Shown here one piece after another: positions 1 to 9,500 of a DNA stretch of 55,963 nucleotides. How positions within the stretch are numbered: the first letter of the stretch is position 1; each line of letters starts with the position of its first letter. The translations under genes and the position numbers were made by a program. Source of the DNA: a virus (Duplodnaviria; Caudoviricetes). The notes under the pieces were generated by a model that saw only the letters and a program-made list of their open reading frames with translations, did no database searches and was not told where the DNA came from. The stretch is taken from positions 1 to 55,963 of IMG/VR virus record IMGVR_UViG_3300022697_000058. One strand, given 5' to 3'.

Positions 1-99
1 ATGCCGATATGCTTGACCTTACCCTGCAACTGCAACGCGGGACCGACAAAACGGACCTGATTATCTCCGACAACACCTATTATTCCGTGTTGTCGCAGT
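1..99. repeat. 99-nt exact terminal overlap (copy 1); circular-contig signature
   Basis: ATGCCGATATGCTTGACC...GTGTTGTCGCAGT at 1-99 is identical to 55865-55963. Confidence 0.97.
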
Positions 100-395
100 C
101 ATTGCAGAACCAGCGCCGGTATATGGACAGCAAGATCGCTGATGCGGGATTCCGAAATATCCTGTTTGAAGGCATCCCTGTTGTGTTTGACGGCGGTGAC
201 GGCGGCTTTGCCCCTGTCGGCATGTATTTTATTGATCTTTCCGAGATCGAGATGATCATGCACCGCAAGCGCAACAATGTTGTTCTTTCAGGCCCGCGTC
301 GGCCTGTGACCGAGGACAGCGACACTGTGGTTCTGGCGGGGATGGGCAACTTCATCACCGGCAACCGCACACGTCACGGTCGTCTGACAGACTAA
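1..395 (+). CDS. Major capsid protein, 3' part (gene wraps the contig junction; about 316 aa in total)
   Basis: In frame with the ORF starting at 55309; ADAGFRNILFEGIPVVFD and MYFID...HRKRN motifs resemble HK97-fold capsids of alphaproteobacterial podoviruses. Confidence 0.85.
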   Translation, partial: ADMLDLTLQLQRGTDKTDLIISDNTYYSVLSQSLQNQRRYMDSKIADAGFRNILFEGIPVVFDGGDGGFAPVGMYFIDLSEIEMIMHRKRNNVVLSGPRRPVTEDSDTVVLAGMGNFITGNRTRHGRLTD

Positions 396-412
396 GCCGG
401 ACGAATAAAACA

Positions 413-440
413 AAAAGGGGCGGGATAAATCCGCCCTTTT
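413..440 (+). terminator. Intrinsic terminator after capsid gene
   Basis: AAAAGGGGCGGG-ATAAAT-CCGCCCTTTT hairpin with T tail. Confidence 0.75.
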
Positions 441-462
441 CACATCACCACCGAAGCGGAGC

Positions 463-1215
463 ATGAATATGCAAGGGCAGATCGTAACACAGCAAACACA
501 TAAAGACCTCGGCGCAGCTTTCTCGCATGTGCAAGGCAAAGGAATTTATATCTCTTTCCAGTGGGATATGGTTCGTCTCGATACCGCCGACATGGAAAAG
601 AATGGCAAGATCGAGCGCCGCTTGAAAATCATGCGCCAGCCTGTCGGCGACCCGAACACGGCCTCGGCGTCATACATTTCAAAGGAATCGGCGGCGGAAC
701 ATTACCCCGCAGAGTGGGAGTATTTCACGAAACATGGCGATATGCCGCTTTCCGGCACGGCGCTATCGGAACTCCCCGGCATTTCAATGTCGCAAATCCA
801 GATTTTGCAAATCAACGGCTTGCGGTCAATTGAAGACCTCTTGGGTGTTGGCGAAGACGTTATCAACCGCATCGGGATCGAAGGCCTCTATGTGCGAAAG
901 GTCGCCGAGGAATGGCAAGCCAAAGCCGCTGAGGGCGCGCCGATCATGGATTACGCCGAGAAAAGCGCCGCGTTTGAAGCATCGCTGGCCGCAGAAAAAC
1001 GCAGGGGCGACACGGCGCAAGCACAGGTGGATCAACTCTTGGCACGTATTCAGGCAATGGAATCAATGTTGCCCGGCGCACAAAACCTGTCACCGACGCC
1101 GCCCCAAGTTATGATGGGGATGCCAGCGCGCAATGAAGGGCCAGACATTGACGACACACCCAACCCTCTGGCCGATGGGTCTGGGGATATAGATTCAGAT
1201 CCTCTGGCTGATTAA
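463..1215 (+). CDS. Hypothetical phage protein with helix-hairpin-helix-like segment and coiled coil
   Basis: 250-aa ORF with GGAG RBS; LSELPGIS...GLRSIEDL segment; position after capsid. Confidence 0.6.
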   Translation: MNMQGQIVTQQTHKDLGAAFSHVQGKGIYISFQWDMVRLDTADMEKNGKIERRLKIMRQPVGDPNTASASYISKESAAEHYPAEWEYFTKHGDMPLSGTALSELPGISMSQIQILQINGLRSIEDLLGVGEDVINRIGIEGLYVRKVAEEWQAKAAEGAPIMDYAEKSAAFEASLAAEKRRGDTAQAQVDQLLARIQAMESMLPGAQNLSPTPPQVMMGMPARNEGPDIDDTPNPLADGSGDIDSDPLAD

Positions 1216-1228
1216 AAAGGAGTGAACC

Positions 1229-2164
1229 GTGGCGAAAACTATTCTGGAACTGGCGGTCGAAGTTTGTGATCGCGTCACGGTGAACACGCCGACAACGATT
1301 TTCGGGACGAATGACCGAACATCACGCATCCTACGCATGGCAGCAAAAGATACGCTGCGCGATATTATGCGGTCGGCAATGCGAAATGGTCTATCAGGTT
1401 TTCAATCTCAATGGGTGTTTGCCACTCAGCCGGGCGTCTATGCTTATCGCCTACCGCCTGATTTTTACAAGATGATCCCCGGCACGGAGCAGCGCAACCG
1501 CTGGCCTCTTGGTATTCTTGGGCCTGTCAGCCCGCAAACGTGGAGCAACTGGATTTCAGGGCTGGCCTATACCGCTGTGCCAATGGGGTGGCGCATTAAA
1601 AACAATCTTATCCATTTTGAGCCGCCCCCCTCGTCAAGCGAGATTGTCATTATTGAATACCTGTCACGCTATCCTGTGTCGCGCGCGGCAACAGATGCTG
1701 ACCTGCAACCCGTAAACGGACGTCTTGCGCCTGTTGCACCTCTCGTCCCGAGGGAAGGCTACATCGGGGATGGTGCGCTTGACGTAGTGTCCCTAACGGA
1801 TGGATCAAAATGGGGAGCCGCGACATGGGGAACGGCTGTTTGGGGTGAAACCGCGATGGGGAAATTGCGCCGCATCCCTCCGAAAGACACAAGTTTTCCA
1901 GATTATCAGGTGCGCGCCGAGGAATTTACAGCCGATACGGACGTTTGCGCGATTGATGATGATTATGTCGTCAGTCTCGGAATGACGTGGCGCCTCCTCA
2001 AGGGCCTGTCTATGCCATATGCCGAAGCGTTTGACGAATACGAGCGCGAGAAAGATGTGTTTCTGGCCAACGATGGAAGCCGTGGACGAACTTTGGTTTT
2101 TGGCGAGTCCGGTGTTCAGAACGAAATAGAACCTCTTGGCGATGGAAACTGGATGGTGTCCTGA
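1229..2164 (+). CDS. Putative head-tail adaptor / tail tubular protein A-like
   Basis: AGGAG RBS, GTG start; MAKTILELAVEVC...YRLPPDF...VVSLGMTWRLLKGLSMPYAEAFDEYE pattern; position downstream of capsid. Confidence 0.65.
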   Translation: MAKTILELAVEVCDRVTVNTPTTIFGTNDRTSRILRMAAKDTLRDIMRSAMRNGLSGFQSQWVFATQPGVYAYRLPPDFYKMIPGTEQRNRWPLGILGPVSPQTWSNWISGLAYTAVPMGWRIKNNLIHFEPPPSSSEIVIIEYLSRYPVSRAATDADLQPVNGRLAPVAPLVPREGYIGDGALDVVSLTDGSKWGAATWGTAVWGETAMGKLRRIPPKDTSFPDYQVRAEEFTADTDVCAIDDDYVVSLGMTWRLLKGLSMPYAEAFDEYEREKDVFLANDGSRGRTLVFGESGVQNEIEPLGDGNWMVS

Positions 2165-2853
2165 TGTCTGTTATCGGGGCACTCCTATCCCTTAAAAAAC
2201 CTCGTAGACGGACAAGGACATATGACAAGGCCGATGCTCTTGATCTTGTTGGATACCTTGAGTCCTATATGTCGCCAGTCGGCACGATCATATCGAAACT
2301 GTCAAACAACACCCCCGGCGATGCGTGGTTGTTGGTAAGCGGGCAATCACTATCAAAGGCCGATTACGCCGATCTGTATGCGGATATTGGCGGGACTTTT
2401 GGCGAAACAGCAACCACTTTTAACTTGCCTGACCTTTCCGACACATATCTGACCGGCGCCGGAACCCTTGGCGTAGGGGCAACTGGTGGATCAAACAACT
2501 TCACCCTTAGTGTGTCGCAGATGCCGTCCCACGCGCACCCTGTTGTCGATGCTGGCCACACCCACGCATTTAATGGGATTGCCCACAATCACACCGTTAC
2601 AGACCCGGGACACACCCACACGACAGGGCTGGACGCGGGCGCAGCGGGCGCGGCAGGGGCCACGGTTGATATTGCCGTTGCAGGGTCAACAGGATCGTCA
2701 ACAACTGGCGTCACCGTTGACAATGCAACCGCGTCAGGGTCAAATTCAACCGAGCAAACGGGGGTGACAATTGGCAATTCGGGCGGCGTAACCCCTGTTG
2801 ATAATCGCCCCGCATCCATTGGCGTTTACCACTTCATTAAGACGAGGCTTTGA
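2164..2853 (+). CDS. Tail-collar-domain short fibre protein
   Basis: SPVGTII...WLLVSGQSLSKADYADLYADIGGTFG..TFNLPDL collar motif; H-x-H repeats; C-terminal NRPASIGVYHFIK. Confidence 0.85.
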   Translation: MSVIGALLSLKKPRRRTRTYDKADALDLVGYLESYMSPVGTIISKLSNNTPGDAWLLVSGQSLSKADYADLYADIGGTFGETATTFNLPDLSDTYLTGAGTLGVGATGGSNNFTLSVSQMPSHAHPVVDAGHTHAFNGIAHNHTVTDPGHTHTTGLDAGAAGAAGATVDIAVAGSTGSSTTGVTVDNATASGSNSTEQTGVTIGNSGGVTPVDNRPASIGVYHFIKTRL

Positions 2854-2854
2854 T

Positions 2855-4321
2855 ATGAGCAGGATGAGCAGCCAAAGAGCGAGGGCCGAAAGAGGTGGTC
2901 CAAATCGTGCCCTTGAAACCCCGTGGCCTCTGCCGATCAGGGGCTTGTTTAGCGATGCAAAAGACTCGGAAATAAGATCGTTTGCCGAGGTGATGAACAA
3001 CTGGACAAGCAACGGGTTTTCCCTCGATCTGCGTGATGGATACGAGTTGCGCTCACCCGATTCCGTGTTGCAGCGTATCCCGTTTGAATTTGGAACAACG
3101 CCTGATTACATCAATGTGCTTTCCGACCGGATCACCTATGGCGCGATAAATTTCCTCGGGACATTTGGCAATGATGTCAGTCACACAGCGATCAGCAGCA
3201 ATATCATCATGGCTGATGGGGCCAACCCGATATTAAGGTGTGACGGGGCCAATATTGTGGATGCGGCGATCACCACGGACACAGGTAAGCCCTCAAGCGA
3301 ATTTGACGGGATATTCTCGCACCAAGACCGGCTCTATGCTTGGGACAGCAGCGAATTGGCTTTTTATTATGGGGCAGTCGGCGCAGTCACAGGGCAGCTT
3401 GTAAAATTCCCCCTCGATGCGCTCGGCAATATCAACGGCAACATCGCGCTAATCAAGTCAGTGACCGTGAACGCGGCGCACGGGATGAATGATATTCTGG
3501 TCATTGTGACCAGCACGGGGATGGTCGTTCTTTATGAAGGGCTTGATCCCGGTGACGCGAATGACTGGCGGCTGTTGGGGCGCTTCCAAACATCGGCGCC
3601 GGTTTCTAAATTCGCGGTTGTAAATATCGGGTCAGACCTCTGGATGCTTACCGTTCGCGGGCTGGTGTCGATCAAGGACGCGCTTGCAAATGGCGTTCGG
3701 GCCATAACCTCGCCAACAGTGAGACCTATTGCCGATTTGCTTGTGACGGATATTCAGGCCTATAAATCGCAACGCGGCTGGCAAATGGTGGCGCGCCCTG
3801 ACGATGCTCAGGTTTTCCTGAATGTGCCAACGGCAACGGGATTTAAGCAATATGTGTTCAACGTCAATGTCGGGTCATGGGAAACCACAGATTATCCAGC
3901 CAAGTGGTGGACCGATGCGTTTGGACGGATGGATTTCACAGGCACGGATGGTCGCCTTTACAGCCTGACGCAAGGGGGCGGCGATAACGGGGCCGATATT
4001 ACCGCCACGTTCAACACGGCTTGGGTTCGCCTCCCGAGGTATCGGCGCATGGTATTTCACGGGATCGCCTACATCATCCCGACAATCATCGCTGACGGGG
4101 AATTGACCGTTAAAATCACCGTCCTGACGGATCACGATCAAACCTCAACCGATATTTCCGAGGCGCAACAGACGGTCACTATAAAGCCTGATGCGCCGGG
4201 CGCCGGCGTAGCGCTGAACGACATAATTGCAATCAATGCGCTGGGCCGCGTTTTCCAAGTCAGATTTGAGGTGACGGGTAAAAACATCAGTTTTGAAAAG
4301 CTTATGGCGGGGCTGGTTTGA
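2855..4321 (+). CDS. Putative tail hub / packaged-DNA stabilisation protein (P22 gp10-like)
   Basis: About 490 aa, beta-rich; GMVVLYEGLDP...WRLLGRF segment; position between adaptor and ejection genes. Confidence 0.65.
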   Translation: MSRMSSQRARAERGGPNRALETPWPLPIRGLFSDAKDSEIRSFAEVMNNWTSNGFSLDLRDGYELRSPDSVLQRIPFEFGTTPDYINVLSDRITYGAINFLGTFGNDVSHTAISSNIIMADGANPILRCDGANIVDAAITTDTGKPSSEFDGIFSHQDRLYAWDSSELAFYYGAVGAVTGQLVKFPLDALGNINGNIALIKSVTVNAAHGMNDILVIVTSTGMVVLYEGLDPGDANDWRLLGRFQTSAPVSKFAVVNIGSDLWMLTVRGLVSIKDALANGVRAITSPTVRPIADLLVTDIQAYKSQRGWQMVARPDDAQVFLNVPTATGFKQYVFNVNVGSWETTDYPAKWWTDAFGRMDFTGTDGRLYSLTQGGGDNGADITATFNTAWVRLPRYRRMVFHGIAYIIPTIIADGELTVKITVLTDHDQTSTDISEAQQTVTIKPDAPGAGVALNDIIAINALGRVFQVRFEVTGKNISFEKLMAGLV

Positions 4322-4806
4322 AAAGGCTGATCGGGAATGTTCTGTTCGGGTTTGACCAAGACGTGATAGATTGGGTAACGCCGCGCATCCAAGGGTTTTC
4401 AGCCAGCGATGGGGCAAAGGCGCTTGGCGTCGTCTCGGGGAAGGATATTATTGCGGGGGTTGTCTATGAGAGATACAATGGCGTCCACGTTGAGGCGTCG
4501 ATTGCGGTGGATCGCGCTTCATGGGCAAATAAGGGAACGCTGTTCTCGCTGTTTCATTACCCGTTTGTCCAAATGGACTGCAAGGCAATCAGCGTTTTAA
4601 TCCCGTCAAGCAATCTGAAATCCCTAAATCTGGCCACAAAACTCGGTTTTGAGCCGGAGGCAATCGTCAAATATGCCGCAGCAGACGGTAGTTCTCTGAT
4701 AGTCCTCAAAATGTTCAAAAAAAATTGCAAGTGGATCGGAGAATACAATGGGAAAAGGCGGAGCAGCACCGAAAGCCCCCGACCCTTACAAAACGGCGGC
4801 GGCTGA
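4318..4806 (+). CDS. GNAT-fold acetyltransferase-like tail assembly protein
   Basis: IIAGVVYERYNG, LFHYPFVQMDC and NLKSLNLATKLGFEPE GNAT motifs. Confidence 0.8.
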   Translation: MKRLIGNVLFGFDQDVIDWVTPRIQGFSASDGAKALGVVSGKDIIAGVVYERYNGVHVEASIAVDRASWANKGTLFSLFHYPFVQMDCKAISVLIPSSNLKSLNLATKLGFEPEAIVKYAAADGSSLIVLKMFKKNCKWIGEYNGKRRSSTESPRPLQNGGG

Positions 4807-5803
4807 GTCTCAATTTAACCGCCTTGATACTTACAGCCCGAGCGGCGGCGGTGTCAGACAGGGGTATACCGATGCAAATGGGAAGTTTGTTGGCGGGATC
4901 GCCCCCGAGGGGTCGCAATCGGCGCAATCGTATATCGAAAGCCCCGTGCAGCGCCAAATGCGCCAACTTCTCGAACCCGCATCGCTAAATCTCACCAAAG
5001 ACACGATCAACGCGGGTCTTCCTGATCGCGCAAAGCCTCAAGATTTTTCGCAAGTCGCGCAAGGTATTTTTGATGCCGGATATGGGCGCATGAAACCGCA
5101 GTTTCAGGCCGAAAACAACCGCATGTTGGCAAACCTTCAAGCGCGAGGTATTCCGGTAGGGAGCGGCGCTTTCAACAAGGCGTATGGGCAGCAGCAGCAA
5201 TCCGTAAATGACGCATTGGCGAATCTGACAATGCGGTCAACAGCGGCGGCAGGGCAGGAGCAAAGCCGACAATATGGGCTGGACACGTCTCAACGCCGAA
5301 ACGCAATAGCGGAGTTGGTGGCAGCAATGGGCGGAGGATATAACCCGCCAGCCGCACTTCCAAGCGGGTCAGCGTCGCCTGTAAATTATAGCGGCCTTGT
5401 CGGGCAAAAATTCAATGCTGACATGGCAAAATACAATTCCGACCAGCGGAGCGGAGCGGCAACGGCAAGCGCCCTCGGCAATCTTGGTGGCGCGATGCTG
5501 ATGAAGTGCAGCGTATCGGTCAAAGCAATCACAGGCGGGTTGAATATCAGCCGTGCTTCCCATGCTATCCAGAATATGCCGTTGTTCGCGTGGAAATATC
5601 TGGAAGGTGAAGCGCCGCCGGGGTTTGCCGATGAACAGCATGTCGGGCCAATGGCCGAGAGTTTCCATGCCTTAACGGGTCTTGGTGTGCCTTCCACGAT
5701 CAACATGGTCGATATTATCGGTGTTCTGACCGGCGCCCTGCAAGATGCGCTGCAACGGATCGACATGCTTGAATACAAGCAAAAAGGCGGAGTGGTTCAA
5801 TGA
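4748..5803 (+). CDS. Ejection (DNA transfer) protein with C-terminal Peptidase_S74-like intramolecular chaperone domain
   Basis: MGKGGAAPKAPDPYKTAAAE start; Gln/Ala-rich body; C-terminal FAWKY...HVGPMAESF...GVLTGALQD. Confidence 0.7.
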   Translation: MGKGGAAPKAPDPYKTAAAESQFNRLDTYSPSGGGVRQGYTDANGKFVGGIAPEGSQSAQSYIESPVQRQMRQLLEPASLNLTKDTINAGLPDRAKPQDFSQVAQGIFDAGYGRMKPQFQAENNRMLANLQARGIPVGSGAFNKAYGQQQQSVNDALANLTMRSTAAAGQEQSRQYGLDTSQRRNAIAELVAAMGGGYNPPAALPSGSASPVNYSGLVGQKFNADMAKYNSDQRSGAATASALGNLGGAMLMKCSVSVKAITGGLNISRASHAIQNMPLFAWKYLEGEAPPGFADEQHVGPMAESFHALTGLGVPSTINMVDIIGVLTGALQDALQRIDMLEYKQKGGVVQ

Positions 5804-6549
5804 GCAAGTTTGGACAAGGCGCAGGGCCGGGCGCTGGCGCAATGCCGCAACCAGCCGCGCCCCCTATGCCGCAACAAAGCGGGTTTATGCAGGGGCTTCA
5901 AGGCATGTTTCCCGACCAAGGGAGCAAAGCCCGCTATGACATGGTGATGAACCTCGTTCAGGCAGGGATGCGCGGCGCGCAGGGGTCAAACTCGCCTATT
6001 GCAAATTTCCTCGCGCCTATCGCCGGGGCCGTGATCGGTGGCCGTGCAACCAAGAATTACAATGCGGGCAGGGCGAAGTCTGCAAGCGAAATGGCGTCGT
6101 CAATATTGGGCGGGGCCGCGAATAACCCGCAGGTTCAATCCTATATGGCCATCCTGAATGATCCTCAAGCGCCCGGATACATGAAGGCATTGGCACAGGC
6201 GAAGATGAAAGGGATTATCTCGCCCAAGAGGGGGTCGGCGCCACGCAAACAGCGCCCCGCGAGCAACACCGATATGCTGATTGCGCGGATGCTTGAGGCG
6301 GCAATGAGTCCCGGAAGCGATGGGGGTGTGAATATTTCACCAACAGAACAAGCGCGGCTCGACATCATCAAGAGCGCGCGCAGCAGGTCAAGCAGGGCGG
6401 GTTCGGGCGGTCCCAACATGAGTGTGGCAGACGAGATAACAGCCATTACAGGCGGGAGTAAGGCCCCGACACCGGCACCGCAGCAGCCTGTCGCGCCACC
6501 TGTGAACCAGAACGATCCACTTGGTATCTTGGGGTTGCCCCCCGCATAA
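5800..6549 (+). CDS. Putative ejection / internal virion protein
   Basis: Gly/Ala/Gln/Met-rich 249 aa; lies between ejection protein and giant protein. Confidence 0.55.
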   Translation: MSKFGQGAGPGAGAMPQPAAPPMPQQSGFMQGLQGMFPDQGSKARYDMVMNLVQAGMRGAQGSNSPIANFLAPIAGAVIGGRATKNYNAGRAKSASEMASSILGGAANNPQVQSYMAILNDPQAPGYMKALAQAKMKGIISPKRGSAPRKQRPASNTDMLIARMLEAAMSPGSDGGVNISPTEQARLDIIKSARSRSSRAGSGGPNMSVADEITAITGGSKAPTPAPQQPVAPPVNQNDPLGILGLPPA

Positions 6550-6559
6550 GGAATGAACA

Positions 6560-9500
6560 ATGGCCGAAATTACAATCGCTGGCGTTAGGGCGAAGTTTCC
6601 GCAATATCAGTCTTTAAGCGATGGGGATCTGGCAAACGCACTTCATGCCAAGTTTTACCCTCAACTTGACAGGGCTGATTTCTATTCCCGCATTGGATAT
6701 GATCCAACGGCCACGTCGCCGCGCCCAAAACCGCGTCCGCAAGCAGGGGCAACGGGCTTTGCTGACCAGATGGCACAACTTGCTTTCCCCACCCCGCCGG
6801 GGCAAGTCGCCCCAACCCCAGCGCCGCAAGCCATGTTGCCGCAAGCGGCACCTGCTGCGCTTTCCGCTCCGAATTTGCCGGATCAAGCCCCCGCACCAAT
6901 GCTGCCGCAAATCCAGCCCCCTGATGTGGTAAATGCGATACTTGACGCAGGTGGCGTTGCTGGTTTGCGGGACCGTGTAGCCGCTGGACAAGGCGTCATG
7001 CCGTTTACGCCCGGCATGGCGTTGCCGCAAATCCCTGCCGCGCCAAATGCTCAACAAGCGCCAGACCCGTTCAGAGGTGAGGGCTTCTCGAGCCTTTCCA
7101 AACGTCGAGGTCAACAATTCATTGCGGCCCTAACGGATACTGTCGCAACTTTGCCGGAAGACCTTTCTATAGCAGCGTCAAATCTTGAAAATTCGGTCAA
7201 AGACTCTGCCCCACAAAATGTTATTGACAACATAAGGTCAGCAACGAAATTCAAGAAAACTCTGCAAAGCGGCATATCGCCGTTAAGTGGGCGGAAACTT
7301 ACGCCTAACGAAACTGCCAATCTTCATCGTAAGTTGAATGAAGATATTGTCGGGATAAAAACATGGATGGATCAATCAAATTTCAGCGTGACACCGGCGG
7401 ATCAGCGCCAAGGGTTTAAGTTTGGCGCAAAGATTAGAAACAAATCAAACGAAATATTCGGAAAGCCGGACCCTCGTGATGTTGGTTTTTGGTCGCAAAT
7501 GGCGCAGGGCGCGGGCAGTATGGTTGGTTTTGCTGCGGCTGGTGCGCTTGGTGGCGCCATTGGTGGCCCGGCTGGGGCAATGATAGCAGGTGGTGTATCT
7601 GGGGCCGGATTGAATGAGGCTCAAGTCTATAAAGAGGCGAAAGCCGCAGGGGCGAGTGAAAAGGCAGCATTGAAGGCGGCAAGGTGGGCTATACCTGTTG
7701 GCGCGACAGAAATACTCCCAATTCTTCATGCCTTCAAAATATTACCGAAAAGCATACGAGAGAAGGTTACAAATAAGGTTCTTCAAAAGATGCTTCCTGT
7801 CGCCGGTGGTGGGTTGGAGGAATTCACGCAGGAAGGCGGGCAACAAATTGCCAACAATCTCATTGCAAGCGGATTATACGATCCTAAAAGGGGATGGAAG
7901 GATGGGGTCACTGAGAACGCAATAATTGGCGCCTTACTTGGTGGTGTTGTTGGCGGTGTTGGCGTGGCTTATGACAGCGCCAAAAATAAAACTTCATCCT
8001 CAGACGTAGCCGCTATGAGCGGCCCGAAAATAAAGGGTGGCCTTTCCGTTGAGATACGCAAGCCGCCGGTCAAGAATACTGCGCCCGAAAGCGCGGCACC
8101 CTCCCCGACGCCTACCGCCCCGAGTTTGGCAATCGCCCCGCCGAGTGAGGCAAGTGGTGTGGTCAAGACGCCCGCGTCTGATACAGCGCCTAACAAGACG
8201 CCGCCCGCTCAGCCTACGGCGCCACAACCCGAGGCACCTGCCGCCGGACCCGTGGTGCCGGAAGCGCCAAAGCCCGAGGCAAAGCTAGCCACGGGGGCAA
8301 AGGCAAAGGCTCCGTTTGAGGCCAAAGCATGGACGGAACTACCCGGTGTATCTGGTGGCAAGGAAACCGGCCGCACATTCATGGAGAATCAGAAAACCGG
8401 CGAGGTAATCCCGAAGGCCGAATTTGACGCGCGTGTCGCAAAGCAGGTGGACACGTCTGCGCCCACACCTGCGCCCGCGCCCGAGGCGGCGCCGGTGAAG
8501 CCTGTTGCCCCCGATGTTGCACCAGTGAAACCCAAGGCCGAGCCTGTTGCTCCATCTGTAGAGGGCGATCCTGTCGCCGCTGCTAAACTTGGGTCTCAAG
8601 CATATAAGGCAGGTGATAAACGTGCCTTACCATCGCAAATTGACCCAACGGATGCTGTGGCCGCAAATGCATGGTATAAAGGGTGGGACAAGGCAAACAT
8701 TGACGCCCCTATCCCGTCAGCCAAGCCGGTGGTGAACCCTGCGACCTCTGAAGCGCAGAATACCCCGAAAGATGTTGTCCCGGCGCCCCCAACACAAGGA
8801 ACAGCGGTTCTCTCTCAGAAGGAGGCAAACGCCACGCTTCCAGATGGGGTTCGTGCTGTCCGCCGTAATGCGATGGACGCAAAGACGTGGACGTTGCTGG
8901 GGAATGGCGGAAAGCCCATTGGGTCATTCAAAAGCACCGCAACGGACGGGATCGACACTGCCACGTTTGGGCGCATGAAAAATATGGTGAAAGGGCGGAG
9001 TAAATCTGGGGCCTCGGCGGATGCGGCATTCAAGGCAGCGCAAGATAATGGTAAACTTCAGGTTATTCATGTAACGGGCAAATCGCGCCAGCAACCGAAA
9101 TTGACACTGAAAGACGCGACGGATCGCTGGAACTCAATGACTACGGCCCAGCGCGTTGAGTTGGCGGGTCAGGCTAACCCCTCATCCGACCCGGCATTAC
9201 GCGCAAGGTTTGCCAAGAAATGGTGGGAGGAAATTACCGCATCAACGCAAAAGCGCATCCTTCAAACCATGCAGAAGGTGCAAGACGGGAAGGCGCATGC
9301 CCCCCAATCGGTTGCCTCAGACGCATCAGCATCGGCAGGGCCAATCGGCGCGGCAACAGATAAGGTTCAATCGCAATCTGCGCCCGCCACATCTGCGCCT
9401 AGCGGAGAAGGAAGCATCGCCAATTCCGGTGGAGGCAAAGAAACCTCGCCACATGACGCCCCTACGCTGTTGGCAGAACGAGTAAAAGCCCTGCGCGAAG

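Noticed and set aside
8060-8800. Repeat-like GC-rich stretch
   Set aside because: Encodes a Pro/Ala/Lys linker of the giant protein; no regular repeat-spacer structure, not CRISPR.
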